A stretch of DNA of 24,000 nucleotides from an uncultured Candidatus Micrarchaeota archaeon (GCA_963705375.1 OY970071.1:758208-782207); one strand, 5' to 3'; positions 1-8,743 are shown, counted from the first letter of the stretch. Program-made: numbers and translations. Notes: generated from the sequence alone by a model not told the origin.

Positions 1-510
1 CACAGCAACACTGGCAAGCTGCTCCTCTGTGGTTCCGTATTCGTACATGTGCCTTTTTGCAATGAGTGCATACAGTCCAGGGAATGTTATGCCCTGTGAA
101 AGCTCCCACTCCTGGTCACCTGCCCCTCCAAGTGCGGTCGTGGCTGCCGAGGCAGTTATGTCTGTCATCTTTTCGACTCCACCTACAACCACGATGTCGT
201 GTATCCCGCTAGCGACTGTGATGTAGCCAAGCCTGAGGGCACTGCCTCCGCTGGCGCACGCGTTCTCCACTCTAACTGCTGGTATGTTGTGGAAACCAAG
301 CTGGTCTGCTATCATGGCTGCGGTGTGCTCCTGGCCTGTGAAGCTTCCAGGGGCCATCGTGCCACCGAAGAGCATCTCAATGTCTTTGCTTGAGATGTTT
401 GCGTCCTCAAGCGCAGCCAGTCCTGCCTCTTCCATAAGCTGCCGCATCCCAAGGTTCCATCTCTCTCCGAACTTGGTCAAACCGACTCCTATTATTGCAA
501 CATCTCTCAT
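1..510 (-). CDS. acetyl-CoA C-acetyltransferase (archaeal thiolase), N-terminal 170 codons; the 3' end runs off the window
   Basis: Absent from the ORF track because there is no stop inside the window. My translation from the ATG at 510-508 on the minus strand gives MRDVAIIGVGLTKFGERWNLGMRQLMEEAGLAALEDANISSKDIEMLFGG...VRVENACASGGSALRLGYITVASG. This has the thiolase nucleophile Cys context NACASG. The start lies 7 nt downstream of the HMG-CoA synthase stop, the usual archaeal HMGCS/thiolase pairing. Confidence 0.85.
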   Translation of the reverse strand, partial: MRDVAIIGVGLTKFGERWNLGMRQLMEEAGLAALEDANISSKDIEMLFGGTMAPGSFTGQEHTAAMIADQLGFHNIPAVRVENACASGGSALRLGYITVASGIHDIVVVGGVEKMTDITASAATTALGGAGDQEWELSQGITFPGLYALIAKRHMYEYGTTEEQLASVAV

Positions 511-517
511 CAAAACA

Positions 518-1567
518 CTACTCTTTCTTTATGGCCCTCTTGTTCTTCAGGTAGAACGAATAATCGAGATACGTCTTGTTTTTGGTTATTATCTCTTTTA
601 CAGGTATGATATTCTTGCGCTTTGCGTCTATGCTCTCCTTCACTTCGATGGCGAACGAGTCGCTTCCTGCGCCGGATCCGAAACTTGTGACAAGTATCTT
701 CTGGCCTGGCTTTGCGATGTCAAGGGTCGCCGCAAGGCCTATTAGCGATGCACCGGAATAAGTATTCCCTATCATTGGCGTTATCAGGCCGTTGATTATC
801 TGTTCATTGGTGAACCCCAACTGTTTTGCGACGTTCATCGGGAACTTGCCGTTGGGCTGGTGGAACACTGCATAGTCGAAATCTGACGGTTTGAGTCCCG
901 TCTCCTCAAGAAGCATCTTTGTTGCGCTTATAGTGTGGTTGAAGTAGCCAGGTTCTCCTGTGAACCTTCCCCCGTGAGATGGAAAGCTTGCACCCTCCTT
1001 CCTCCAGAAGTCCGGCGTGTCGGATGTGAAGCTTACAGTCTTCAGTATCTCTGCTATGTTGTCTTTGCCGCTTTTTCCAAGTATGAACGCAGCCCCGCCT
1101 GCACCGGCTGTGTATTCTAGCGCGTCTCCTGGCCTGCCCTGTGCGGTGTCGCTGCCTATCGTCATGCCGTAGTTTATCATGTTGCTGTCTACAAGGCCCA
1201 TCACAATCTGCATACCTGCTGTTCCTGCCTTGCACGCAAACTCAAGATCTGCGGCCATGATCCTGTTTCCAGTGCATAATGCCTCCTTTACTATAGTTGC
1301 TGTAGGCTTCACTGCATAAGGGTGGGATTCCGAGCCAACATAAACGGCACCTATTTCATGGGCATCTATGCCAGCGTGCGTCACTGCGCGCCTTGCAGCC
1401 TCTACAGCTATCGTAGCTGCGTCTTCGTCCTTGTCTTGAACACTTTTCTCTACGATGTTAAGGCCCGACTTGATGCCCTCCACTTCCTCGTTCCAGACCT
1501 TCGCTATCTCCTCTGCCCTTATCCTGTATATGGGAACGTAAACGCCATACCCTGCTATTCCTGCCAT
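518..1567 (-). CDS. hydroxymethylglutaryl-CoA synthase (archaeal type)
   Basis: Track ORF 518..1597. The ATG at 1567 gives [25 protein letters not shown], a typical archaeal HMGCS N-terminus. It is preceded by AGGAGCAAAGGTGAAACA (SD-like GGTGA). The 1597 start is TTG and overlaps the upstream gene. The stop is TAG. Confidence 0.9.
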   Translation of the reverse strand: MAGIAGYGVYVPIYRIRAEEIAKVWNEEVEGIKSGLNIVEKSVQDKDEDAATIAVEAARRAVTHAGIDAHEIGAVYVGSESHPYAVKPTATIVKEALCTGNRIMAADLEFACKAGTAGMQIVMGLVDSNMINYGMTIGSDTAQGRPGDALEYTAGAGGAAFILGKSGKDNIAEILKTVSFTSDTPDFWRKEGASFPSHGGRFTGEPGYFNHTISATKMLLEETGLKPSDFDYAVFHQPNGKFPMNVAKQLGFTNEQIINGLITPMIGNTYSGASLIGLAATLDIAKPGQKILVTSFGSGAGSDSFAIEVKESIDAKRKNIIPVKEIITKNKTYLDYSFYLKNKRAIKKE

Positions 1568-1571
1568 TGTT

Positions 1572-2444
1572 TCACCTTTGCTCCTCCAAGGTCTCAAGGA
1601 CCTGCTGCTTCGTAGGGTATGGCTGGTTTATCAGCGGCCCGTTCTTTAGCACAATATCCATCTCGCTGTACGTAGGCCTCTCTTTCTTGTAGAACAAGCC
1701 TATGGGTATCTTCGACCAGCCAGATCTTTCAGCTTCAAGCGCTTTTTCAACCGCTTTGTCCATGTTTGTTGGGTCGTGGCTCTCATCAAGCTTGTACACT
1801 CTCTGCTTGTACCATTCATTTGTGTTCAGGTTGTTGAACGTAACGCAGTGGCTCAGAACGTCTATTATCGCAAATCCTTTATGCAATATTCCCTCTTTTA
1901 TCAGGCCTGCCATATGCACAGGATCTCCAGCATAAGCCCTGGCAACGTAAGAAGCGCCAGATGCGAGCGCGACGCCTATCGGGTTTTCTGGCGTCTCTAT
2001 CGATCCCAGAGGTGTTGACTTGGTCTTCGCACCCATCAAGCTAGTTGGGGAAGTCTGACCTGTGGTCAGCCCGTATATTTGGTTGTCTATCACTATGTAT
2101 GTCATGTCAATGTTCCTTCTTGCGTTGTGCACAAGGTGTCCTACCCCTATGCCATAACCGTCTCCATCCCCTCCAACTCCTATTACCGTAAGGTCATCAT
2201 TTGCCAACTTGGCTCCTGCTGCAACAGGAAGAAGCCGTCCGTGCAGGCTGTGTATTCCATACGTGCTGAACACGTGGGGCATTGCTGAACTGCAGCCGAT
2301 TCCGGAAACTATCAGTACCTTCTCCTTGTCTATGCCTAACTGTGTGAGTGCGCTGCGTATTCCTGCATAAACCCCATAGTCCCCGCAGCCGGCACACCAT
2401 ATCGGCTTTATTCCCGATGCGTAATTCTGGTTAGTGTTTGTCAT
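1572..2444 (-). CDS. 2-oxoacid:ferredoxin oxidoreductase, beta (TPP-binding) subunit
   Basis: 290 aa. Motifs seen: [16 protein letters not shown] and TPP-binding [10 protein letters not shown]. The ATG at 2444 lies 7 nt after the alpha subunit stop. Confidence 0.9.
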   Translation of the reverse strand: MTNTNQNYASGIKPIWCAGCGDYGVYAGIRSALTQLGIDKEKVLIVSGIGCSSAMPHVFSTYGIHSLHGRLLPVAAGAKLANDDLTVIGVGGDGDGYGIGVGHLVHNARRNIDMTYIVIDNQIYGLTTGQTSPTSLMGAKTKSTPLGSIETPENPIGVALASGASYVARAYAGDPVHMAGLIKEGILHKGFAIIDVLSHCVTFNNLNTNEWYKQRVYKLDESHDPTNMDKAVEKALEAERSGWSKIPIGLFYKKERPTYSEMDIVLKNGPLINQPYPTKQQVLETLEEQR

Positions 2445-2451
2445 ATGATCA

Positions 2452-4212
2452 TCATTTTGTCAGCGCAAGAGCGCTTTTGGCTATCTCCTCTCCAGAGAAC
2501 GCCTCTCCGTCGTACTTCAGTATGCTGCCCATCATGTCGGTGCCGGTAGCCAGCTTTATCACCTGCGCCAGCTGCCCCGTGAAGTTTCCTTCGACATTAA
2601 TGAGCTTCTTTCCGTTCAGGAGGGTTTTTGTCCTCTCTTTGTCAAGGGGCATTATATAGTTGAACAGAACGATGCCGAATTTACGTCCCATGTTTTTGAG
2701 TATTTCCGCCGCTTCAAGCACCGGTCCTGTTGTAGATCCGAACGTGACAAAGAAGTAGTCTGCACCATCATTGATGATTTTAGGCACGAATATTTTTTCC
2801 TTCTTGAGCATGGTTTCTATTTTCCTCATTCTTTTTTCGTGCATCAGCTTTCTCATCTTTATCGATTCCTCAAGGCCTGCAAACGCATCGCTTACCAGCT
2901 CTCCATACTCGTTGTGCTCGTCGCTAGGAGCGACATGCTCACATCCCTTTGTCCCTGGGAATGCCCTTGGCGAAATCCCATCCTCTGTAAGCTCGTATCT
3001 TTTGAACTTGTCAGGCCCGCCGTTCTCTTTGACCACCTTCCCCCTGTCTATGGTTGCGCTATCCAGGTCGAAATGTTCGACGCTCGCAACGCACTCTGAG
3101 AGATACTGGTCCATCAATATTATGACAGGGACTTGGTATCTTTCTGCCAAGTCGAATACCTCTGCACCTATCTTGAAGCTCTCTTCCACGCTTGATGGTG
3201 CCACTACTATTCTCGGAAATTCTCCTTGCGAAGCGTGCATGGCAAAAAGGAGATCGCCCTGCTCATTCTTTGTCGGCAATCCTGTGCTAGGTCCTGTCCT
3301 CTGCGAATCAATGACCACTATCGGCGCTTCGATCATTCCTGCAAGGCCTAGGCCCTCTACCATGAGAGAGAACCCTCCCCCACTAGTGCCGCACATCGAC
3401 CTTACGCCCGCTACAGACGCGCCGATGGCCACGTTTATTGCAGATATCTCGTCTTCTGTCTGCTTGAAAAACACGCCTTTGTTTTCATGAGCCGCAAACC
3501 ACGTCATCACGCCGCTTGCCGGAGTCATAGGGTACGCGGCGTAGAACTTGCAACCTGCAGCATATGCCCCAAGCGAAAGTGCCGTGTTCCCATCAAGGAA
3601 ATACCTGCGTTTCCCATCCCCTGACAGTGTGTATGTTTTTTCTACACCAGCATAGCCATATCCTTGCGTAGCTGCCTGTATGTTATCATTGACTACCTTA
3701 TCCCCCTTTCTCCCGAACTTTGCCCTCAGTATTTTGTCAAATTCTGCGATATCTGCGCCTATCAACTTGAGGACGGCGCCTATCGCAACCACATTCCTGA
3801 TTATGGGGGTGCCGCTAACCTCCATGGCAATGTCAAGCATGGGAAGCTTCACTAGCTTGAAATTTGATGCGTCAAGAGCGCTAACGTCTATTTTTGAAGG
3901 ATCGTATATCACTGTGGCATTTCTGTTAAGGTTGTTCTTCTGATGTAGTATTGCGTCCTGGTTCAAGGCTACAAGTATGTCTATGCCATTTCCATGACTG
4001 TGCAGCTCGGCATCTCCAATCCGTACTTGGTACCACACGTGCCCTCCGCCAACTATTGACTGGTATCCTCGGTATCCGAAGACATGCAATCCGTTCTTTG
4101 CGGCCGCTTCTATAAGCAAGGCTCCGCTGGACTCTATGCCTTCTCCATTTGCTCCTGCGATTCTAACAGATACGCTTGTCATGAAGAATTCAACTGCCGG
4201 TGTGTCAAACAC
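2452..4212 (-). CDS. 2-oxoacid:ferredoxin oxidoreductase, alpha subunit (fused gamma-alpha domains)
   Basis: 586-aa ORF. The N-terminal gamma-like domain reads VRIAGANGEGIESSGALL. It is followed by the alpha core (AAYPMTPASGVMTW, GGGFSLMVEGLGLAGMIEAPIVVIDSQRTGPSTGLPT). The start is either GTG at 4212 or ATG at 4182 (MTSVSVRIAG...), and I cannot decide between them. Confidence 0.9.
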   Translation of the reverse strand: MFDTPAVEFFMTSVSVRIAGANGEGIESSGALLIEAAAKNGLHVFGYRGYQSIVGGGHVWYQVRIGDAELHSHGNGIDILVALNQDAILHQKNNLNRNATVIYDPSKIDVSALDASNFKLVKLPMLDIAMEVSGTPIIRNVVAIGAVLKLIGADIAEFDKILRAKFGRKGDKVVNDNIQAATQGYGYAGVEKTYTLSGDGKRRYFLDGNTALSLGAYAAGCKFYAAYPMTPASGVMTWFAAHENKGVFFKQTEDEISAINVAIGASVAGVRSMCGTSGGGFSLMVEGLGLAGMIEAPIVVIDSQRTGPSTGLPTKNEQGDLLFAMHASQGEFPRIVVAPSSVEESFKIGAEVFDLAERYQVPVIILMDQYLSECVASVEHFDLDSATIDRGKVVKENGGPDKFKRYELTEDGISPRAFPGTKGCEHVAPSDEHNEYGELVSDAFAGLEESIKMRKLMHEKRMRKIETMLKKEKIFVPKIINDGADYFFVTFGSTTGPVLEAAEILKNMGRKFGIVLFNYIMPLDKERTKTLLNGKKLINVEGNFTGQLAQVIKLATGTDMMGSILKYDGEAFSGEEIAKSALALTK

Positions 4213-4290
4213 GGCCGGTGAACATATTGAACCACGTTAGCTCTTTAAAGCTAACTTCGCGTTCGACAATCGGCAAACACTAATTGCCCC

Positions 4291-4298
4291 TTTTATAG
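4291..4298 (+). promoter_or_regulatory. TATA box (TTTTATAG) for HMG-CoA reductase; implies a leaderless or near-leaderless mRNA
   Basis: TTTTATAG is centred about 26 nt upstream of the ATG at 4320, in the divergent spacer 4213-4319. A palindromic CTTTAAAG at 4243-4250 could serve the opposite operon. Confidence 0.5.
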
Positions 4299-4319
4299 GT
4301 TCCAGCCTAAAATTTTCAT

Positions 4320-5579
4320 ATGGTTTTAATGTCAGATGACAAAATAGACGCCATAGTGCAGGATTTGCTCGATAAGAAAATCAAACTCCACGAAGTGGAG
4401 GGTGTTGTCGGCAATGACAGTACCGAAGCAACGCGCGTCAGAAAGCGGTTTCTGGAGAAGAAGTTCGGTGTTGAGCTGAAACACATCGGTTCTACAACAA
4501 TAAACATCAACGATGCGATAAACAGGAACATAGAGAACCCCATAGGTGCCACACAGGTCCCCTTGGGCTATGCAGGGGACATAAAGGTCAATGGCGACAG
4601 CGCAAATGGCAACTACCCAGTTCTTCTTGCAACTACGGAAGGGCGGCTTGTGGCTGGCATATCCAGAGGCATCTCTGTGATCAACAAGGCAGGTGGTGCA
4701 AACACCATCGTAATCCGTGACGGGATGGCCCGCGACGTGCTTGTTAGGGCTCCCGACGCAAAAGGCTCCAGCAAACTTGCGCGTTGGGTAGAAAGCGGCG
4801 AAGGCAATGAGTTCTTTAGGAAAGCCTTCTCAGAAAGCACATCCCATGGCAAGTTCGTCGAGGTGAGGCCGTTCATTGCTGGCAGGGATGTCCACTTGAG
4901 ATTCAGGGCGACAACCGGTGCTGCGATGGGCATGAACATGGTAACAATCGCGGCCAAGGGTGCCGTGGATAAGATGGTGCCTTATTTAGAAAGCAAGTTT
5001 GGGCTGCACATAGATGTTTTAAGCGAATCGGGAAACATGTGCGCAGACAAGAAGCCCTCTTACATAAACTTCCTAGAGGGCAGGGGCGTGTCTGTGACTG
5101 CAGACATACTCGTGCCGAGGCCGTTGGTTGAAGATATATTTAAAGTCAAACCAGAACTCATGGTTGAACTGAACAAAGTCAAGAACCTGACAGGCTCTGC
5201 GCTTGCAGGCTCTCATGGCTTTAATGCTCATGTTGCAAATACGCTTGCCGCGATGTACATTGCGCATGGGCAAGACGTAGCGCAGATAGTTGAGGGTTCC
5301 ATGGCCATAACTGATGCTGCGATGGTTGGAGACGACCTATATGTTTCGCTCCTCATGCCTTCTATAGAAGTTGGCACTTATGGTGGCGGTACGGCACGAG
5401 AAACGCAGAAGGAGGCCCTAAGCCTGATGGGCCTTTACGGCTCTGGCGATGCAGAAGGGAAGACAAGGCTTGCATTTGCAGAAGTTGTAGTTGCGGCATG
5501 CCTTGCCGGTGAGTTGAACTTGCTGGGTGCTGAAGCCGGCATGGATCTTTCAAAGAGCCACAGCAAAATAAAGAGATAA
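4320..5579 (+). CDS. hmgA: 3-hydroxy-3-methylglutaryl-CoA reductase, class I (archaeal)
   Basis: 419 aa. Motifs seen: LATTEGRLVAG, TTGAAMGMNM, EVGTYGGGT, and a C-terminal His-containing tail SKSHSKIKR. Confidence 0.93.
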   Translation: MVLMSDDKIDAIVQDLLDKKIKLHEVEGVVGNDSTEATRVRKRFLEKKFGVELKHIGSTTININDAINRNIENPIGATQVPLGYAGDIKVNGDSANGNYPVLLATTEGRLVAGISRGISVINKAGGANTIVIRDGMARDVLVRAPDAKGSSKLARWVESGEGNEFFRKAFSESTSHGKFVEVRPFIAGRDVHLRFRATTGAAMGMNMVTIAAKGAVDKMVPYLESKFGLHIDVLSESGNMCADKKPSYINFLEGRGVSVTADILVPRPLVEDIFKVKPELMVELNKVKNLTGSALAGSHGFNAHVANTLAAMYIAHGQDVAQIVEGSMAITDAAMVGDDLYVSLLMPSIEVGTYGGGTARETQKEALSLMGLYGSGDAEGKTRLAFAEVVVAACLAGELNLLGAEAGMDLSKSHSKIKR

Positions 5580-5627
5580 AGGAGATAAGCGTTTCCTGCG
5601 CATACTGTCTGCTTGATTGGTGTGCCG

Positions 5628-6218
5628 ATGCGGAACGAAACCCGGCTTGTCTTAGCTTCAACGTCACCGAGACGCGATGCCATCCTTAACCAGATAGGCT
5701 TGGATCACGTTTCAGTTGCCAGCGAAGTCGATGAAAAAAGCATAAAGATCACATCTCCGCGTGCGTATGCCCGCACTCTTGCAGTTTTGAAGGCGAGCAG
5801 CGTAGCGCCAAAATTCAAAGACTCTATAGTGATAGGTGCCGATACTATCGTTGTACTTGATGGCAAGGTGCTCGGCAAGCCTGAAAGCGAAGAACACGCG
5901 GCAAGCATGCTCCAAAATCTAAGCGGAAGAACCCACACTGTCATAACTGCCCTCTGTGTCATTGATACTAAGTCCAACACTAGGGTTGTGAAGCTGGTTA
6001 GCACTCGCGTGAAATTCCGTAAACTGAATAGCAAAGCAATAAAAGAATACGTGCGCAGCGGAGAACCGCTAGACAAGGCTGGGGCCTATGGGATACAGGG
6101 TAAGGGTGCTGCCCTGGTTGAGAGCATATGTGGCGACTTCTACAATGTGGTCGGTTTGCCTGTTCCTGCGCTCATGAGCATCTTGGAAAGGCTAGGTGCC
6201 CTTCCAAGAAGTGCATAG
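5628..6218 (+). CDS. maf: Maf-like nucleoside triphosphate pyrophosphatase
   Basis: Motifs seen: LVLASTSPRRDAILNQIGL, GADTIVVLDGKVLGKPESEEHA, DKAGAYGIQG. The track start at 5613 is TTG. The first ATG is 5628. Confidence 0.85.
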   Translation: MRNETRLVLASTSPRRDAILNQIGLDHVSVASEVDEKSIKITSPRAYARTLAVLKASSVAPKFKDSIVIGADTIVVLDGKVLGKPESEEHAASMLQNLSGRTHTVITALCVIDTKSNTRVVKLVSTRVKFRKLNSKAIKEYVRSGEPLDKAGAYGIQGKGAALVESICGDFYNVVGLPVPALMSILERLGALPRSA

Positions 6219-6236
6219 TCTCTGTTTCTACTTCCT

Positions 6237-7028
6237 TTAGTTGTAGCCCAGCTCACGAAGCTTTTTCATTATCCTCTCTCTTGCGACTCCTCTTCCTGCC
6301 CTTTCGTGCATGCCAGGGCTCTTATTTGGTGTCGTATCGAGCGTAGAGCCTAGAGATGTATATCCCTTATCGTATAGTGGATTGTGAGGAAGGCCGTTTC
6401 TGTCAAGATATTCCTTCACGTCGTCCCTTGTCCAGAATAGTATTGGATGTACTCTGTCGTGTACGGGGTTTGATCTTGGCGAGAATATGCTTTCCTTTGC
6501 GCGCTCCTCGTGCTCCACCCCTCTTATTCCTCCAAGGAATGCGTCGAGATTCAGGGTCTTTATTCCCCTCACCATGGGCTCTATCTTATGGTGTTTGTTG
6601 AACTCCAGCGTAAACTCTGGGGTTCCAAATCCATACTTCTTCTTAAATTCCTCTGCCTTGTCCGTCCCTGCTCTAACGGTCGTAAAGCTTTCGAAGCTCC
6701 AGTCCTGTCTGAGTTTCTCTATAAACTCAAAAGTCTCTGGGAACTCGTATCTGGTATCGACAAACAGGATAGGCATATCGTGCTTTATCTTCAACACGAT
6801 GTGAAGCATGGCCTCGCTGTCGCCTCCACCGCTGAATCCTACTCCAGGATTTTTGTATTTCTTTACTGTTTCTTTGATTATCTCTTCAGTTTTCTTTATC
6901 TTCTCGTCCAACGAGAGATTTAGCAGCTGTCTCACTTCAGGACGCATCAGCTCGATGCACCTTTCAGTTCGGCCCTCGCCGAATTCTGCATCTTCCGGTG
7001 CCTCTCTTTTTGTGTCTTCTTCTTTCAT
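6237..7028 (-). CDS. PP-loop ATP pyrophosphatase of the PAPS reductase/CysD family (function unclear)
   Basis: 263 aa. PP-loop GVGFSGGGDSEAM is present, with PAPS_reduct-like core ILFVDTRYEFPETFEFI and C-terminal GYTSLGSTLDTTP...ERAGRG...LRELGYN. The protein has only one Cys, near the N-terminus. Confidence 0.75.
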   Translation of the reverse strand: MKEEDTKREAPEDAEFGEGRTERCIELMRPEVRQLLNLSLDEKIKKTEEIIKETVKKYKNPGVGFSGGGDSEAMLHIVLKIKHDMPILFVDTRYEFPETFEFIEKLRQDWSFESFTTVRAGTDKAEEFKKKYGFGTPEFTLEFNKHHKIEPMVRGIKTLNLDAFLGGIRGVEHEERAKESIFSPRSNPVHDRVHPILFWTRDDVKEYLDRNGLPHNPLYDKGYTSLGSTLDTTPNKSPGMHERAGRGVARERIMKKLRELGYN

Positions 7029-7038
7029 GGAATCATCT

Positions 7039-7058
7039 TGTTATAACATGTTATAACA
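7039..7058. promoter_or_regulatory. perfect 20-bp palindrome (two tandem copies of the palindromic 10-mer TGTTATAACA); candidate operator
   Basis: Read directly: tgttataaca tgttataaca at 7039-7048 and 7049-7058. It lies between the minus-strand TATA box (7065-7072) and the ATG at 7028. Confidence 0.5.
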
Positions 7059-7064
7059 TATGAG

Positions 7065-7072
7065 TATATAAA
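7065..7072 (-). promoter_or_regulatory. TATA box (TTTATATA on the minus strand) for the PAPS-reductase-family gene
   Basis: Consensus-like archaeal TATA box whose proximal edge is 36 nt upstream of the ATG at 7028. Confidence 0.5.
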
Positions 7073-7204
7073 GCTTGCCGGACTTTGGCCGGATTATCTG
7101 AACTGACAGAGTGCTCACAACTCTGGTTCCAGAAGACGTATATTATGGCGAAGGCTGCCAGGCAGTGCCGTCCTGGCCAAAGAAGCGGTTCAAATGAACC
7201 AATG

Positions 7205-7411
7205 TTACTGCTTATTGCCGCCATGCGTCGGGATTATTGCCCATGCAATGATGTACGCTATGATGCCAGCTCCGTACATCAAACAAAACACTACCCACAA
7301 TATTCTTATTATTACAGGGTCTATGCCAAAGTATTCTCCCAGGCCTCCACACACTCCCCCTAGCACTTTATTTTTTTCAGATCTGTATAATCTCTTTATT
7401 TTTTCTGGCAT
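7205..7411 (-). CDS. PspC-domain small membrane protein
   Basis: 68 aa. LYRSEKNKVLGGVCGGLGEYFGIDPVIIRILWVV is followed by a hydrophobic helix, which is the canonical PspC domain signature. Confidence 0.8.
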   Translation of the reverse strand: MPEKIKRLYRSEKNKVLGGVCGGLGEYFGIDPVIIRILWVVFCLMYGAGIIAYIIAWAIIPTHGGNKQ

Positions 7412-7487
7412 TAACTCTCCTTTTGATAAGAATTACTCTCGTATTGTTTAATTTATAGCTTCACTTTTGTTCAGGCACAACCTGTTT

Positions 7488-8699
7488 TTATTTCGGTTTA
7501 ATGAACTCAATAAGTTCCGACTTGCCAGAGAATATGTTCTTGCTTTCTCCTGGATCCTTGGTCAAATCGTACTCTTCAGTGCCATAGTGGTGGCTCGTCT
7601 TGCATAGATTGCAGAAGTTGTCTCTTGCAACGATGAGCTTCCTATCATATGTCCTGACTGCTCTCACATCATTAGCCATGGCATCAAAAAGCAGAATCTC
7701 ATTTCTTACTCTTTTACCGTCTTTTATCAAGGGCATAAGCGATTTTCCGTCAAGTGCAACAGTTTTCTCTCCCATAAAATCCAAGATCGTAGGCACTATG
7801 TCCGTGTTCTGGACCATTCCATCTATTACCTTTCCGCTTATGCTAGGCAACCTCATGATAAGAGGTGCCCTGACAGAGCCGTCGAACAACCCACAAGTAG
7901 CAAAATAGATCCCGTGTTCGTGTATTACATCACCATGATCTCCAAGGATGACTAAGATGGTATCATCAAGCAGGCCGTCTTGCTTCAGGAACGTGTATAG
8001 TCTGCCTATTTCGTGGTCGATGATTTTTATCGTATCATCGTACTTATCTATGACGTCTTGCACAGAATAGAGTTTCGCGGTATCCATCTTCTTTTTCACA
8101 TACTCTCGGTATGCTTCATCTTTTATACTGCCTAAAATCTTGTCTGATTCGTCAGTTCTGCTGCCCTTGTATGGTGTATTTGGAAACGGGAAGTGGGTAT
8201 CCCAAAGATGCAGGAACGCAAGGAACGGCTCCTTGGCATTTTCGATTTTTGAGATTGCCAAATCAACAGTCATCTTGGTCGGGGCAAACAGACCTTCTAT
8301 TTCCTCCTCATTCTCTTTGTAGTAATCGAATCCTTTGGTAAACCACTCTCCGAGCCAGTCAAAGCACATCGTTTCGTAGCCTTTTTCTTTCAGGAAGCTC
8401 GGAAGCCAGAATTTTATGTTTTCGACCTGGTCGTACTCTTCGGGCTTGGTGTATGGAAATTGGTGAATGACTCCGTGAGTGCTTGGGAGAAGTCCTGAGA
8501 ATATTGTCGTCACGGCGGGTGCAGTCCCGTTCGCAACAGAAAAGTGGTTCTTGAAAAGGATTCCGCCCCTGGCTATTTTCTTAAGGTTTACGTCCGTTTT
8601 CTTCTCATAGCCAAACAGACTCATGTGGTCTGGTCTGAACGCATCGATAACTATTACAATTATGTTCAGTTTGCGCACGTTATCACCGTTGTCTCTCAT
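7488..8699 (-). CDS. sulfatase-family (alkaline phosphatase superfamily) protein with Thr at the nucleophile position
   Basis: The N-terminal metal-binding strand is NIIVIVIDAFRPDHMSLFGY. The nucleophile motif is G-TAPAV-TTIFSGLLPSTHGV where sulfatases have C/S-x-P-x-R. A later GDHGD motif is present. The track start at 8768 is GTG. The ATG at 8699 (MRDNGDNVRKLNII...) fits the domain boundary. Confidence 0.8.
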   Translation of the reverse strand: MRDNGDNVRKLNIIVIVIDAFRPDHMSLFGYEKKTDVNLKKIARGGILFKNHFSVANGTAPAVTTIFSGLLPSTHGVIHQFPYTKPEEYDQVENIKFWLPSFLKEKGYETMCFDWLGEWFTKGFDYYKENEEEIEGLFAPTKMTVDLAISKIENAKEPFLAFLHLWDTHFPFPNTPYKGSRTDESDKILGSIKDEAYREYVKKKMDTAKLYSVQDVIDKYDDTIKIIDHEIGRLYTFLKQDGLLDDTILVILGDHGDVIHEHGIYFATCGLFDGSVRAPLIMRLPSISGKVIDGMVQNTDIVPTILDFMGEKTVALDGKSLMPLIKDGKRVRNEILLFDAMANDVRAVRTYDRKLIVARDNFCNLCKTSHHYGTEEYDLTKDPGESKNIFSGKSELIEFIKPK

Positions 8700-8743
8700 G
8701 TTCAAGCAAATATGAAAATCACGGTAAGTATCAGAGTGAATCC

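Noticed and set aside
2771-3490. Long antisense ORFs in the track. Examples: 284-745, 2771-3490, 4613-4957, 9328-9627, 12148-12546, 14094-14540, 15686-16144, 19986-20348, 20628-21083, 23256-23603.
   Set aside because: Each lies entirely opposite a gene with clear family motifs. Their translations are low-complexity (Ser/Pro/Leu/Arg-rich) with no recognisable domain, and they lack independent promoter or start context. They are typical shadow ORFs.
7157-7200. Two short inverted repeats downstream of the PspC gene: GCCAGG-N9-CCTGGC at 7157-7177 and GGTTCA-AA-TGAACC at 7187-7200.
   Set aside because: The stems are only 6 bp, and one has a 2-nt loop. No adjacent T-run lies on the relevant strand. 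This is within chance expectation for 130 nt of spacer.
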